A stretch of 63,919 nt of DNA, filler included, from Octopus bimaculoides (GCF_001194135.2; 7 parts of 7 records of this genome joined end to end with filler, not necessarily neighbours in it), one strand, 5' to 3'. Shown: positions 43,030-57,211, counted from the first letter of the whole stretch. The notes: a model not told the origin generated them from the letters alone. Numbers and translations: made by a program.

Positions 43030-44267
43030 GCGCACACACACTGTACACGCACTCATAAACTTACACTCATACATGCTTATAAATGTATGCATATATACAT
43101 GTTTGTATATGAAGCTGTATTTTGTAGTTAGGTGCAATTCAGAATATGCTTAATACCAATCGATGTAACAACATGAAACTGTTTCGCACATGTCGATATC
43201 ACTGCAGGATTCTAGGAGAGATCACGAGAATTGATGAACATCCTGTGTTCATTTAGATTATTGTGAATGAGGGATTGTTTTGTAGTTCCTTGCGGAAACT
43301 TACAGCTTCTCACTATGAAAATCATTTAGTTTTTCACGAATATCCCACTTAAATTTCCGGATACCTCATGCTGTACAGCTTTCCAGAAAACTTTCCAAGA
43401 ATAGACGCTAACTGCGGGGTAAAACATGATTTCATAAACCTGTATTTGTAAATCCACGTACACATGTATACATGCGTGTCAGTATAGATATATTTGTTTA
43501 TTTATATTTATTTATGTACATGTACATATATATGCATACATATGTATACATCCATCCATATATATATATATATATATATATANNNNNNNNNNNNNNNNNN
43601 NNNNNNNNNNNNNNNNNNNNNNNNNNNNNNNNNNNNNNNNNNNNNNNNNNNNNNNNNNNNNNNNNNNNNNNNNNNNNNNNNNNNNNNNNNNNNNNNNNNN
43701 NNNNNNNNNNNNNNNNNNNNNNNNNNNNNNNNNNNNNNNNNNNNNNNNNNNNNNNNNNNNNNNNNNNNNNNNNNNNNNNNNNNNNNNNNNNNNNNNNNNN
43801 NNNNNNNNNNNNNNNNNNNNNNNNNNNNNNNNNNNNNNNNNNNNNNNNNNNNNNNNNNNNNNNNTATATATATGTATATATATGTATATTTATATATACA
43901 TGTATATACATATACATATATATGCATACATATATATACATATATATGTGTGTGTGTGTATATATATGTACATGCCAATAAGTAAATTTATATTTCTCTT
44001 GATTTGATGTTTATATTTAACATTTAAAATAGGTAGTACGTACACACACATCACACACACACATCACACACACTCACTCACACACACACACACACACACA
44101 TATACATACGCTCATGTATGTACACATACATATATATGTATTTATCTGGATGTATACACATATATATATATAACACTCACATACACAAACAGACATATAT
44201 TTACGTGTATAGAGACACATACACATACGTGCACACACACTCACACACACATACACGTATACACACA

Positions 44268-44479
44268 TCTCCTTTCTAATTTAGACACAAGTCTTGAAAT
44301 TTGGGGGAGGGGGATAATCGATTACATCGACCACAGTACGCAAATGGTACTTAATTCATCGACCCCGAATGGATGAATGGCAAAGTCGACCTTGGCAGAA
44401 TTAGAACTCAGAACGTAAAGACAGACGAAATATTGATAAGCATTTTGCCCGGCGTACCAACGCTTCTGCCAGCTCACCG

Positions 44480-44480
<1 letters not shown>
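44268..44480 (-). mobile_element. CORE-SINE (OR-type), full length
   Basis: ggtacttaattcatcgaccccgaatggatgaatggcaaagtcgacc...ctgccagctcaccgc. Confidence 0.9.
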
Positions 44481-44520
<40 letters not shown>

Positions 44521-44748
44521 TACAATTACTTTACATACATAATTCGTTCAATAGTCACATGGATATAAAAAAATATATATGTGCGTCTATTTGTAAGTAT
44601 ACATAATTTTGTATCTATTTTAACTAACCTAAGCGAGACATCCCCTGTGTGGATAGAGTGAAAATACATTTACAGGGATGCATTTAAAATACTTTTAAAC
44701 CACTCACCTTTTATTTAATTGGCTTTGCGGGAAGGACTGTTCTAACGA

Positions 44749-44812
44749 ACTCGCGTCTTGTCCTTACCTTCGAAACGCGGAGTGGATAAAACAGGGGACA
44801 ACTGATGAAGGG
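44749..44812 (+). ncRNA. Candidate hammerhead ribozyme with non-circularly permuted strand order
   Basis: GUC 44755-57; GAAA 44772-75; CUGAUGA 44802-08. Stem III ACUC-GCGU/ACGC(G)GAGU; stem I UUGUCC/GGACAA; short stem II CCUU(C)/AGGG. Confidence 0.6.
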
Positions 44813-45399
44813 AATGTTCTTTATGTTGCATTTCTCTGNNNNNNNNNNNNNNNNNNNNNNNNNNNNNNNNNNNNNNNNNNNNNNNNNNNNNNNNNNNNNN
44901 NNNNNNNNNNNNNNNNNNNNNNNNNNNNNNNNNNNNNNNNNNNNNNNNNNNNNNNNNNNNNNNNNNNNNNNNNNNNNNNNNNNNNNNNNNNNNNNNNNNN
45001 NNNNNNNNNNNNNNNNNNNNNNNNNNNNNNNNNNNNNNNNNNNNNNNNNNNNNNNNNNNNNNNNNNNNNNNNNNNNNNNNNNNNNNNNNNNNNNNNNNNN
45101 NNNNNNNNNNNNNNNNNNNNNNNNNNNNNNNNNNNNNNNNNNNNNNNNNNNNNNNNNNNNNNNNNNNNNNNNNNNNNNNNNNNNNNNNNNNNNNNNNNNN
45201 NNNNNNNNNNNNNNNNNNNNNNNNNNNNNNNNNNNNNNNNNNNNNNNNNNNNNNNNNNNNNNNNNNNNNNNNNNNNNNNNNNNNNNNNNNNNNNNNNNNN
45301 NNNNNNNNNNNNNNNNNNNNNNNNNNNNNNNNNNNNNNNNNNNNNNNNNATATATATATATATATATATATATAATCAATCCAAACAAGAACAAGCAAT

Positions 45400-45830
45400 A
45401 AAAAATAACAACGCGAAGACGTCGTACAAGTCCTGTGTCATTGGACGCTCAGGAAGGGAAAGAAAAGAAAAAGAATTTCCCGTTTCGAGCTGAGCTCTTC
45501 ATCAGAAATATAGAAAAAGTCCAAAGAAGGGAAGACAGAGAAAGAAAATCACCAATGATACACACGCGGTCACATATTGAAATGACCGGAAGGAAATGGG
45601 TGAAGAAAAAGTTCTTTCTAAGACAGGAGAGTGCAAGAGAGGATTTGTGTGTATGTGTGGGTATGCAGGTCCGTGTGTGTGTGGCTGTGGCTGTTTATGT
45701 ATGTGTGTGGTTGGACTTTGTCTCGCTTAATGCCGTAGGAAGAATTTATAGTAAGAATTTTGGTAGGAGTGGCTGTCTGTTGTGTGCCTCCCTTCACATG
45801 CCCGTAGGAGAATGGTCAGTAGAAGGTGTT
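45400..45830 (-). mobile_element. Probable Penelope-derived terminal-repeat-like element
   Basis: Contains the minimal hammerhead motif at 45475-45509 and is interrupted by a SINE with an 11-bp TSD. The Penelope link is inferred from the ribozyme type. Confidence 0.5.
45475..45509 (-). ncRNA. Minimal type-I hammerhead motif, cleavage triplet mutated
   Basis: Minus strand ATTT-CTGATGA-A-GAGC-TCA-GCTC-GAA-AC-GG-G-AAAT: stem I attt/aaat, stem II gagc/gctc; ACGU palindrome changed to ACGG. Confidence 0.65.
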
Positions 45831-45833
45831 TAA

Positions 45834-46068
45834 GGCGGTGAGCTGGCAGAAACTTTAGCACGCCGGGCGAAATGCTTTGCGGTATTTCGTCTGCCGTTAC
45901 GTTCTGAGTTCCAATTCCGCCGAGGTCGACTTTGCCTTTCATCCTTTCGGGGGTCGATAAATTAAGTACCAGTTACGCACTGGGGTCGATGTAATCGACT
46001 TAATCCCTTTGTCTGTCCTTGTTTGTCCCCTCTATGTTTAGCCCTTTGTGGGCAATAAAGAAATAAGA
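45834..46068 (+). mobile_element. Young full-length CORE-SINE with target-site duplication
   Basis: Cleanest family member in the window; flanked by AAGGTGTTTAA at 45823-33 and 46069-79. Confidence 0.95.
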
Positions 46069-46094
46069 AAGGTGTTTAACTGGTAGTTTGAAGT

Positions 46095-46735
<641 letters not shown>

Positions 46736-47756
46736 TGTATGTGTATATACATACATACATGGTTTCTATAACTTCGGAAAGTTAAAGTATGAACTTTTAT
46801 GCTTCTTTATTCTTCTTTCTTTCTATTTCCTCATTCTTTTACTCCCTTCCTCTATGTTCCTCATCTTAGTAATATATACCATTCATATTTTCCATATTTT
46901 TTTCCCCCAATTAGTTTCTGATGACGGTATATCCCATACTTGGGGATATCTCAGAAACAGCTGTAAGATCTTGAATTTCTCCTTATAATAATATTGTATA
47001 TGACTTGAGATGTTTGCCTTGCCTTAATGCTTGCTGTCCTGTTTAACAATGATATATCTATATATATACACACACATACATAGATGTGTGTTAGTGTGCT
47101 TGAGCATTCTGTATCTGAATATATACAAATATATATATGCATGCACACACATACGCACACAGTCTTATTCCCAAAGTTTGCCCACTTCAGACTATTATGG
47201 AACTCACTTGCCTAACTAGGGTATTTCGTGTTTGAAAGCAGGAAGAAATGAATAGAACATAGATTCCGGCGCCAATGGTTGATAGAACGTTTGACATAGG
47301 ACAAATACAAGACATTTCAGTACATTTCAGTGATTTGTTCAGGAAAAGGAAGGGTCTATGCACACGGTCATCGAAAACACATTTCTTTTAAATAGTTTTT
47401 ACTTGATGGCAACAGAACAAGTGGATTTCAACTAAACAACAGAATTTGCTGAAAATATTTGTTGTTACGTCGCTGATAATATAACACTAGCATTATAACT
47501 CAATGTGTTCTGTGCATATAAAGATTTCGTAATAAGCATTAAAAACTATTCGCATAATGAAAACGCTGTTTGGGACATTTATCGGCGATTGTTCAAGCGT
47601 TGATATTTATTCATCAGTCTTGAGCATAGGGTGAATAAATATTCATAGGTAAATTAAGTATTGGGACGCTGTAGTTAGTTGTTGTATGTGTGAGTGTTTG
47701 TGTGTGACCGTGTGTGTGTGTGTGTGTGACTGTCTGTGTGTGTGTGTGTGTGTGAC

Positions 47757-47795
<39 letters not shown>

Positions 47796-47832
47796 CTACA
47801 TATATAAATATATAAATATTTAAATATTCGAC

Positions 47833-47871
<39 letters not shown>

Positions 47872-48739
47872 CAGACATTCAGGCGTATATAAATGTGCAT
47901 GCGCATGTGTATATATATATATATATATAGATAGATAGATAGATATATGTGTGTATGTGTGTGCGTATACAGGGAAATAAATTTACAGAGATGGATAAAT
48001 ACGTATCTATCTATCTATCTGTCTGTATGTATGTCTGTATGTATGTATATGCCTGCGTATTTCGCTAAATATTTTGCACAATATTTCGCTGGTTGTAACA
48101 TCTTTCACTGAATAACAAACACAGCCAATTTTCTGTAACATAACCTGTGGAAGATTTAGTTTGTTTATCTTCAATTACTATTAATACAAGACATGTGCTC
48201 TGCATATATTATATTGTAAACTGTAGAACCATATCTCTTGTATAAAACATTGAGCGTAGTCTGCATGTGTTGTGTGTATTTATATGCGTGTGTTATTGTT
48301 AGTGAACCAACATCTGCATGTGTTTGCTTCTGTTAATATTTTAGTGTGTGTAAATGTTATAATGTCCTATTTACTTTATCAAATCTCGGAAGATTACCAT
48401 TGTTTGAAAAGGGTGCTAAAAAAAAATGAAAGTATAAGACAGGAAAAAAGAAATTTGATTTTAAGCGCGCCTGATAAAACAAATAATATTAATCCATCAA
48501 CTGCTTCTCGATAAACAACAAATTATTCCACATATTTCGAATATACTTTCAGAAATATATGAAGATATATTTGCAAAATGTTACGTTAGATGCTTTCTTT
48601 ATATAATATAATATAATGTAATATAATATTATATATATATATATAGTTTTAGGGAAAATAACCAATTTTCAAGAACTCATCGATGAAAATCCACTATATG
48701 CATATATATACATACACATATATATACACACATACATGC

Positions 48740-48797
<58 letters not shown>

Positions 48798-49669
48798 ACA
48801 TACATATGTGTACATTATGGTCTCTGTATCATATTTTGTATATAGTATATCCCCAACATTACATTTTGTTTTATACGTGTGTCCATAAAATCACGGTTCC
48901 TAAAATAAATACTATTTTCTTTTCCGTTGCTTTATCTAAATATCTAATCACAAAATGATGGAGTTATTCTATTGTATTATGGCTTTTTTTTTCTGTGTGT
49001 GTATGTTGTCTTTATATTTTATTTTCTATCAAATTTACAAACTACTGTAACAGAACTTCATAATTATAGCTTTGGAGAAAAAGAAGCAAATGCGCTACGA
49101 AAATAGACATGTACATAGGTAAACAACAGAAACTTGTATATTAGAATATTCAATTAATCGTCAACTTCTATAATAAAATATACTATTCCTAAATGTTGTC
49201 ATGCATGCATTAAAAAACATGGAAAATAATAAAAAAAAAGCGAAACTACTGAAATTATTATTCAGGGACATTTTTTTTTTTTATCAATTATTATAATTTT
49301 ATTGCAGTTATTTTTTCATCTTTGCCGTTTGTCCTTTCCATTCTTATTCCTAATGCCAAATTGTTATGCCATAAAGAGATTTACGCATGTTCGATGTTTC
49401 TAGAAAATTGGTCTGTTGCCTATTTCACAGGGAGGAAATATATCATATTTCTGGTGGATTTGGACGCAAGATTAGTTTTCGTGGAAACATCATCCATCAT
49501 GCTTCTATTACTCTACACGAGAAATATTTAACATTTAACCCAGAGACCTCTATTTATCAGCATATATATNNNNNNNNNNNNNNNNNNNNNNNNNNNNNNN
49601 NNNNNNNNNNNNNTTAATTAATTAANNNNNNNNNNNNNNNNNNNNNNNNNNNNNNNNNNNNNNNNNNNN

Positions 49670-49705
<36 letters not shown>

Positions 49706-51224
49706 CTACACCCCCGTTATCCAACCTGGAAGAACGAAAACCAAAGTTAATGGAAGGATTTGAAATTCGAACCGAAAGAACGCGAACCTCAAGCCATTTA
49801 ATCTGGCACGCTTTGGTCAGTATTATGCTTTTCAAATACTGAAAGTTAAATGTATGAAAAATAATTATTATTGGCGCAGTGAAAAAAAAAATGTTGCTGA
49901 GTTACAGAGACCGAGTAATATGCAAACTTTTGAAAATGGACAACATGCAGAGAAAAAAAGAGTTAGAGCTTAACCACTCTTCATATGCACGTGCTTTGAG
50001 TATTTTGAAGATCGAGGACGGTGTGAAAACGCAGGCAAAATTACTAGAAAGCTTGTCCGTCAAATCATTGCACAACCTCTGTCTATCTATACATGCCGCT
50101 CTTCAAATAAATGTCCTTTACTAGAAAATAAGGCGAATTCAACACGTCCAAATAAACTCCTATTGAAAACTATTTATAAATATATTTTTAAAACCGTTTT
50201 CCATATTATTTTTCTCTAAAACATTTTTAAAATTCGTTAATCGGAGTAGTTGGTCTTTTTGAGCTAAGCCGGATGTTCCTGCATATAAAAAGCAGCAAAC
50301 AATACATTTGCTGGTGAATGCTTAGGCTTACAAAGGTGGAATTATTTTAGTATACGCATGTGAAGAAGAGAGAATTGCAATAAAGGCGTGTGCGTTTATT
50401 TTCAACAGGTTCTTTTACACTAAAACCTGAAAGGCGTACGCTGACATTTCATCTCGGAGAAAAAAAAATTCTCTATTTTGTATGTAAAAACATATCGAAC
50501 CGAACTCCATGCAATGTCACCAGAGATGTTGCTTCGGTGAGATTTCGCCTCTTCAGTTACAGATACCGTCTTGGTCGTTTGGAGCTCAGCATTTGAGGAT
50601 GGCAGGACCTAGACTATTAGCAGTCAAATTTAATAATCATGTTAGATTTGACCGTGTCTTCAAATTTCGAATTAGCGGTTTATTTTACTGTAACAATTGT
50701 AAATATTGTAAGGTAAAATGTCAAGTGCTTCCAATAAAACATGATTGACGATAATTTCTCTTGCTCATAATTCAACAATGTTAACATAACACCCTTTCAC
50801 CATATTAGGTATTGGTAAGATTGAGAAATAGATATTTTGAATTAAGTGCAATATAAATTATTAGTGATATTTTCCTTTTAGAACCAACATCGGACTGTTC
50901 GATGGATCTGCGGGTTCAAGTCCAACTACATACACCATTGTTTGATAGGAAAATAAGGATGTTGTACTACGTATTAAGATTTGTTAAAGCGTTCCCAATT
51001 CAGTCGTACTATAGCAATATAAATATCATAGACAGGTTGTGACTTCGATTTCGTTCTGTTCTATGGTTGAGGCTGCTTAAAGCTTTTACTATCTACATTA
51101 TTCTTTCTGCACATTTTCAAAAAGTTTAATAACTTTGCCACCGTGGAAAGATGAAGGGAAGTGAACCAGAGTATATTTTCATGGAAACACTGGTTTGCAA
51201 TTACACAAACAGAAAAATGGAGAG

Positions 51225-51725
51225 AGAGATGGGGGGAGGGAAGGGAGAGAGGGAGGGGAAAAGACAGAAGGAAGGGAAAGAGCGAGAGAGGGAGAGGAGA
51301 AAAGAGAGAAGGAAGGGAAANNNNNNNNNNGGTAAAATTGGGAAGGTAAAGGGAAGAGGGAGGGAAAGAGAGAGAGAGAGAGGAGAGGGTGAAGGAAGGG
51401 AAGGGAGGGGAGGGAAGGAGGGGTAGGAGGGAGAGATAGAAGAGATAGAAGAGGATATATAGGAAGAGCAGAGAGAGAGGGGAAGAGGAGGAGGAAGGGA
51501 GGTTATAGGAGAGAGGGAGGGGAAAAGACAGAAGGAAGGGAAAGAGCGAGAGAGGGAGAGGAGAAAAGAGAGAAGGAAGGGAAACAGAGAGAGGAAGGGA
51601 AGGGAGAAAAGTGAGAAGGAAGGGAAAGGGAGAGAGAAGGAGGAGAGAGAGGGACAGACAGACTGACAGACGATAGACAATCTGAGGTAAGTAGGGAAAG
51701 AGGGAGGGAGGGAGAAAAAGAGAGC
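51225..51725. repeat. Polypurine tract with a 74-bp direct repeat
   Basis: 51247-51320 is repeated at 51511-51584; a 10-N gap follows the first copy. Confidence 0.9.
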
Positions 51726-52346
51726 GAACGATGGAAACATAAAAATGGCTATCGTCAAATAAGCCAGCGTCGAATCAGCGACGCCGAGTAAGGGCTGTGA
51801 TAAAACATCTCATACTCTTCATGTATATATCTTTTTCTAGAGCATGTTCGGTCCTTGACGTAAAGGTAAAAGTAATACATAACAATTTTTAAGTTTGAAG
51901 AGATAGCAAATGCATAACACAAACTATAAGACTACGTTTATAGGCTGTACCGTTTATACAGCCTATGAGAACTTTTACACTATCTCCATGAATCAGATGC
52001 TTCAGGAAAAATAACACAAATATACATTACTAGCTGACCACGTGCCGTCGATAATGATGGCTAATTGTAGTGTTTTATATATAAATAAGGTACGAAGTAA
52101 GGTGCATAACAATCACGCATACAAACATTCACATCCTTTGTACAGCACACACATACACACTATATTCACACAGAGTTGAAACGCTGATTTTTTCACCCTT
52201 TCCTTCCTCATTTGTCTATCACCCCTTCCTTTCTCTCATTGTTATTACTTTCTCTCACTCCCTCTCAGTCAGGGCTATTACTCTCACTACTTCTCCTTCA
52301 CTGAATTACTATTCTTTCTCCTCCTCCGCGTCCGTCGTGATTTTGA

Positions 52347-52383
<37 letters not shown>

Positions 52384-53534
52384 NNNNNNNNNNNNNNNNN
52401 NNNNNNNNNNNNNNNNNNNNNNNNNNNNNNNNNNNNNNNNNNNNNNNNNNNNNNNNNNNNNNNNNNNNNNNNNNNNNNNNNNNNNNNNNNNNNNNNNNNN
52501 NNNNNNNNNNNNNNNNNNNNNNNNNNNNNNNNNNNNNNNNNNNNNNNNNNNNNNNNNNNNNNNNNNNNNNNNNNNNNNNNNNNNNNNNNNNNNNNNNNNN
52601 NNNNNNNNNNNNNNNNNNNNNNNNNNNNNNNNNNNNNNNNNNNNNNNNNNNNNNNNNNNNNNNNNNNNNNNNNNNNNNNNNNNNNNNNNNNNNNNNNNNN
52701 NNNNNNNNNNNNNNNNNNNNNNNNNNNNNNNNNNNNNNNNNNNNNNNNNNNNGCATATATATATATACAAATATATAAAAACACTACGCGCATTATTATA
52801 TTAGGAGATGTATTTTTTAATAAGCATCCAATAATCGTTGGTTTCTCAGAATAATTGTGAAATTTCCGATGGTACTGCAAGTGTATATTAGTACGTTTGG
52901 TTTTGAAAATACAAGAGAGGAAAAATCTATAGATAATGTACAGATTTTGTAGTTTTATAGCTTTGAAGCCATAAATAGAAAAAAAAAATACTTCAGTATT
53001 TACTTAAGAGCCGAGTTTTCTGAGTGAAAACACTTTACGAACTGGATTCAAAAGTATTCCAGAAGCAGTATTTACAGCTTTCGATAGAAGCCATAAATAC
53101 CGCTATAGTATCGATAGAAATGAATTGAATCTACTTAAAATAACAGTTAACATTACGTGATTGCACTACATAAATAAACTACATAAAGCAGTTTATTCGT
53201 TGTGAGGTGAAATGGCCTACCGTCATTTGCACATACACACGCGCGCACACTCACACGCACACACATGCAAACTCCCGCACGTATACACACCTCCACACAC
53301 ATACTCACGAACACACATGCATACCCGTAAAGCTCAAATGCTTACACAGACATATGAACACAACTGATTGAATATGCGCATACAATCACAGGTGTGAACA
53401 TATTAAACACATACATCCGCACAAATATGCCTATATGAACACAAATGTACCTGTATATAAAAGTGTTTTGTACGCGCACAAACGTATGTGTATATTTGTG
53501 TGCGTATGTGTATAACTATCTATCTATCTTGGCA

Positions 53535-53870
53535 TCAGTCTACTGCAACTGACAACAAAACGGGAGAATTCCCGGTTTCGTGAGCCGAGGTGCAGTGACA
53601 TTGCTGAAGAAAGACCCAAACAAGGGGAATTTTATAGATAAGTTCAGGCCCATCACTCTGCTCAACGCAGATTTGAAAATTTTGGCCAAAGTAATAGCCG
53701 AGAGGTTGGCGCTTGTCATCGATAAACTGGTCGACAGGGCGCAAACATGCGCCGTGCCGGGCAAAAGTATCCATGACAACCTCCACCTCATGCGCTACAT
53801 CATGGACAGGGTAGTTAAGGATCCTGGCATGGGTGGGGCGCTGATCAATTTAGATCAATCTAAAGCCTTC
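53535..53870 (+). mobile_element. L1/Tx1-clade LINE reverse-transcriptase fragment, cut by a gap
   Basis: GAVTLLKK...FRPITLLNADLKILAKVIAERL...QTCAVPGKSIHDNLHLMR...ALINLDQSKAF. Confidence 0.92.
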
Positions 53871-53993
53871 NNNNNNNNNNNNNNNNNNNNNNNNNNNNNN
53901 NNNNNNNNNNNNNNTTAATTAATTAANNNNNNNNNNNNNNNNNNNNNNNNNNNNNNNNNNNNNNNNNNNNGTGTGTGTGTGTGTGTGCGTGTG

Positions 53994-54057
<64 letters not shown>

Positions 54058-54071
54058 CTTACACATGTATA

Positions 54072-54520
54072 TTAGGTTGTCTCACATGAAATGTGTATTT
54101 TAATTGGGTTTCTTATGAGTCGTCTATAAATGGATTTTTAATGAGTTTCTATGTATATACATGTGTTTACTCTTTTTCTTTCTAGACAATACTATTATTC
54201 AAAATTGCTATCCACAGCTCTTGTCACGATGTTAACAACTGAGCAATACCGAGTGATTTTCTTGTACGAATACAAGTTGTGTCACTCTGCCACCGAAGCT
54301 CTGCGAAACATCAAGCGGGCTTTTAGTAACGATTCTGTTGACATTAGAACTTTTCAGAGATGGTTCCAAAGATTTCGTTCAGGAAATGAAAGTCTTAAAA
54401 ATAAACCAAGCCACTCCTACGCCTATTGTAAAAAAACACTTATTGTGAAATATGTCCCTTTGTGGAAAAGGACCTGAGACAACGAGTCTAGCAAAGCACG
54501 CTTCTTAACCATATAGCCGT
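54072..54520 (+). mobile_element. Mariner (cecropia/Hsmar1-like) 5' end with TIR and HTH region
   Basis: TA then ttaggttgtctcac; RVIFLYEYKLCHSATEALRNIKRAF...RTFQRWFQRFRSGNESLKNKP. Confidence 0.85.
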
Positions 54521-54639
54521 ATGTAAAGATAGTTCTGCAGTTTCTTAGTGAGCAACCTGCACCATTGACTTATTTATAGTGCTCGAATGTGTTGTACATT
54601 AGTTCACTTCCTTCATCAAATCAATGTTATCTGAACAGG

Positions 54640-54777
54640 TGCAACGGGTGCCACAGGTCACATGTCGAAATGATCGCAGAACAACGTAAATTAAAGTATT
54701 TTGCTCAACGCACCACACAACCAAGAAATCGAAGCCACGATCTCGTGGTATTGAATGCCAAACCATAACCACTAGAC

Positions 54778-54780
<3 letters not shown>
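54640..54780 (-). mobile_element. tRNA-derived SINE 5' part
   Basis: Minus strand tggtctagtggtt A box, ggcttcgatttc B box, then ttgagcaaaatactttaatttacgttg. Confidence 0.6.
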
Positions 54781-54811
<31 letters not shown>

Positions 54812-54872
54812 NNNNNNNNNNNNNNNNNNNNNNNNNNNNNNNNNNNNNNNNNNNNNNNNNNNNNNNNNNNNN

Positions 54873-54926
<54 letters not shown>

Positions 54927-55672
54927 GCTATCTCTCTCTCTCTCTCTCACGCACGCACACACATATACACACACACCTACATATGTGCGTGATTGTATAT
55001 ATATGTATGTTTGTCAATTCCATATATTTAACAACTGACTTCTTCGCTAACATCTCATCTCTTCTCTACACACCATTCATCATTCATACATCACCATATA
55101 TTCATGTCATAACTATTTTAATGCAGTTCTTTCTATGGCCGCCATTTTCTTCCAGTTCATCGAACAGGTTTTACTCATATTGGATTTTCCGATACCTATT
55201 TTTGTATTCCTCTCTGCTTCAAGTTCTGCAAACTAATGTATCCCGTCTATAACTGCTTTGTCATTATAAGCATTATAATCTCAATACTTTATTTGCGTGC
55301 CATTTTTTTCCTAGTTCAACTGGAGTTCAAATTAGAAGAAACTGCACTGATGTAAAACATGGGCAAAGAAAATAAAAGTAGAAATATTCCGAACCTACTT
55401 TTATGAGATTACATATATTTATTACATATATTTATACAAACATACATGCATACGTACGTACGTATAATCATATATATACATACACACAGAGACAGACACA
55501 CAGAGACACACACATACACACACACACACACACACANNNNNNNNNNNNNNNNNNNNNNNNNNNNNNNNNNNNNNNNNNNNNNNNNNNNNNNNNNNNNNNN
55601 NNNNNNNNNNNNNNNNNNNNNNNNNNNNNNNNNNNNNNNNNNNNNNNNNNNNNNNNNNNNNNNNNNNNNNNN

Positions 55673-55705
<33 letters not shown>

Positions 55706-55849
55706 ACGCGAAAATGAATTTGTAGTTATTTGGAATCATAGCGTCTCGAAATGGACTTCACTGCGCTGCATATTGATCGTACGCTGACCTAAGCCTTGTG
55801 AGTGTAGTATCACACACGCGCACACATACGCACACACATGCATACACAT

Positions 55850-56440
55850 ACATACATACAAAAATAACCTATTGATGTTGTTGAAATTCCGAAGAAGGAG
55901 CCTTGGGTCTAAGTTAGAAACCGATTGTTTCTCTTTTGGCAAGAAATCTTGAAATAAAACTGAATAGAGACTTATATAGATATAATCACCGTAAAAGGAA
56001 TATGTACGCTGAGCAATTGTGTAATTTACAGCTACTCTACTCAGGTTTATACCTGTTATTATTGTAGCACAGAGATATGTAACAAACTGCCAAAGCACCA
56101 ATCTTGAGAAATTAGGCTTCTCAAAACCAGAAAGTAGAATGCTACTGAGACTACAGACTCAAGCCATCAACAACTGCGAAAATTTGTAAGACTTTCCAAA
56201 CGTTTGGTCTTTGGTTATATATGCGTATGTCTAAGATTTCAGCTATATGCACGAGAATAAATACTTAAAACAAGGCATACAAATCTGCGCCTGCCCTGAC
56301 ATCAACTGTTGCACATAAACGCACAAACATGCAAAAGTACCTTCTTGATGTTGTTGAAATGCCAGCGAAGGGGGTCTTGAATCTAGATTAGAAATCGACT
56401 CGTTCTCAATTGACGAAAGATCTTGAAATACAAATGAATA
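55850..56440 (+). mobile_element. Two head-to-tail 3' ends of the R4/Dong-clade element
   Basis: The terminal block (gatgttgttgaaat...aatcttgaaata) occurs at ~55875-55965 and ~56348-56440; accaatcttgagaaattaggctt is shared with 16958-16980. Confidence 0.85.
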
Positions 56441-56531
56441 CAAACGTACATGGATGTAGCTATGTATCTGAATCTGTGTTTCAACGTATATTGTATCTGA
56501 AACAGTTTGGCTTCAGAGAAATCAAGATATA

Positions 56532-56584
<53 letters not shown>

Positions 56585-56845
56585 CAGAATTTCATGAGAA
56601 ATGTATTTATGTGATTGGAGATTATCATAAAAGAAAAAACAAGCAAACAACAGCATATTACGTTCCTTTCTTTTAAGATAATCAAACATTTTGATGATTC
56701 ACCGTTATTAATTATCTAATGGCAAAGAAGCATTGTATAAGCAATTGGTGATTTCTCTGTAAGGCAAAGTTCGTAACCAGATTATAAATTCACTTTGCTT
56801 ATATATATATATTCTTGAAAACATTATGAATACTCCGTTACCATG

Positions 56846-56877
<32 letters not shown>

Positions 56878-57167
56878 CTATATGTGTGTGTGTGTTCTGA
56901 TGAGTAAGCAGAAGAATCCGTTCTGAAAATATACAGAGTAATCCATTAATCAGTATAAGATGTTTGCTGTATATACGTTAACTTACCTTTCGAGATTAGT
57001 ATGTCATTGTTGGCAGTGACGGTAATGGCAGTGACGGTAATGGCAGTGACGGTGGTGGTGATGGCGGCGGCGGTAGTGGTGGAGATGGACGTGGTGGTGG
57101 TGGTGGTGCAGATGCTGGTGATATTTACATGTAATGACTAACGTATGTATGAATGTATATACAAACA

Positions 57168-57211
<44 letters not shown>

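Noticed and set aside
51247-51584. 74-bp direct repeat as a functional element
   Set aside because: Low-complexity purine sequence beside a 10-N gap; may be a mis-join.
57000-57120. His-rich ORF with a 15-bp triple repeat
   Set aside because: Degenerate (GGT)n low-complexity sequence.
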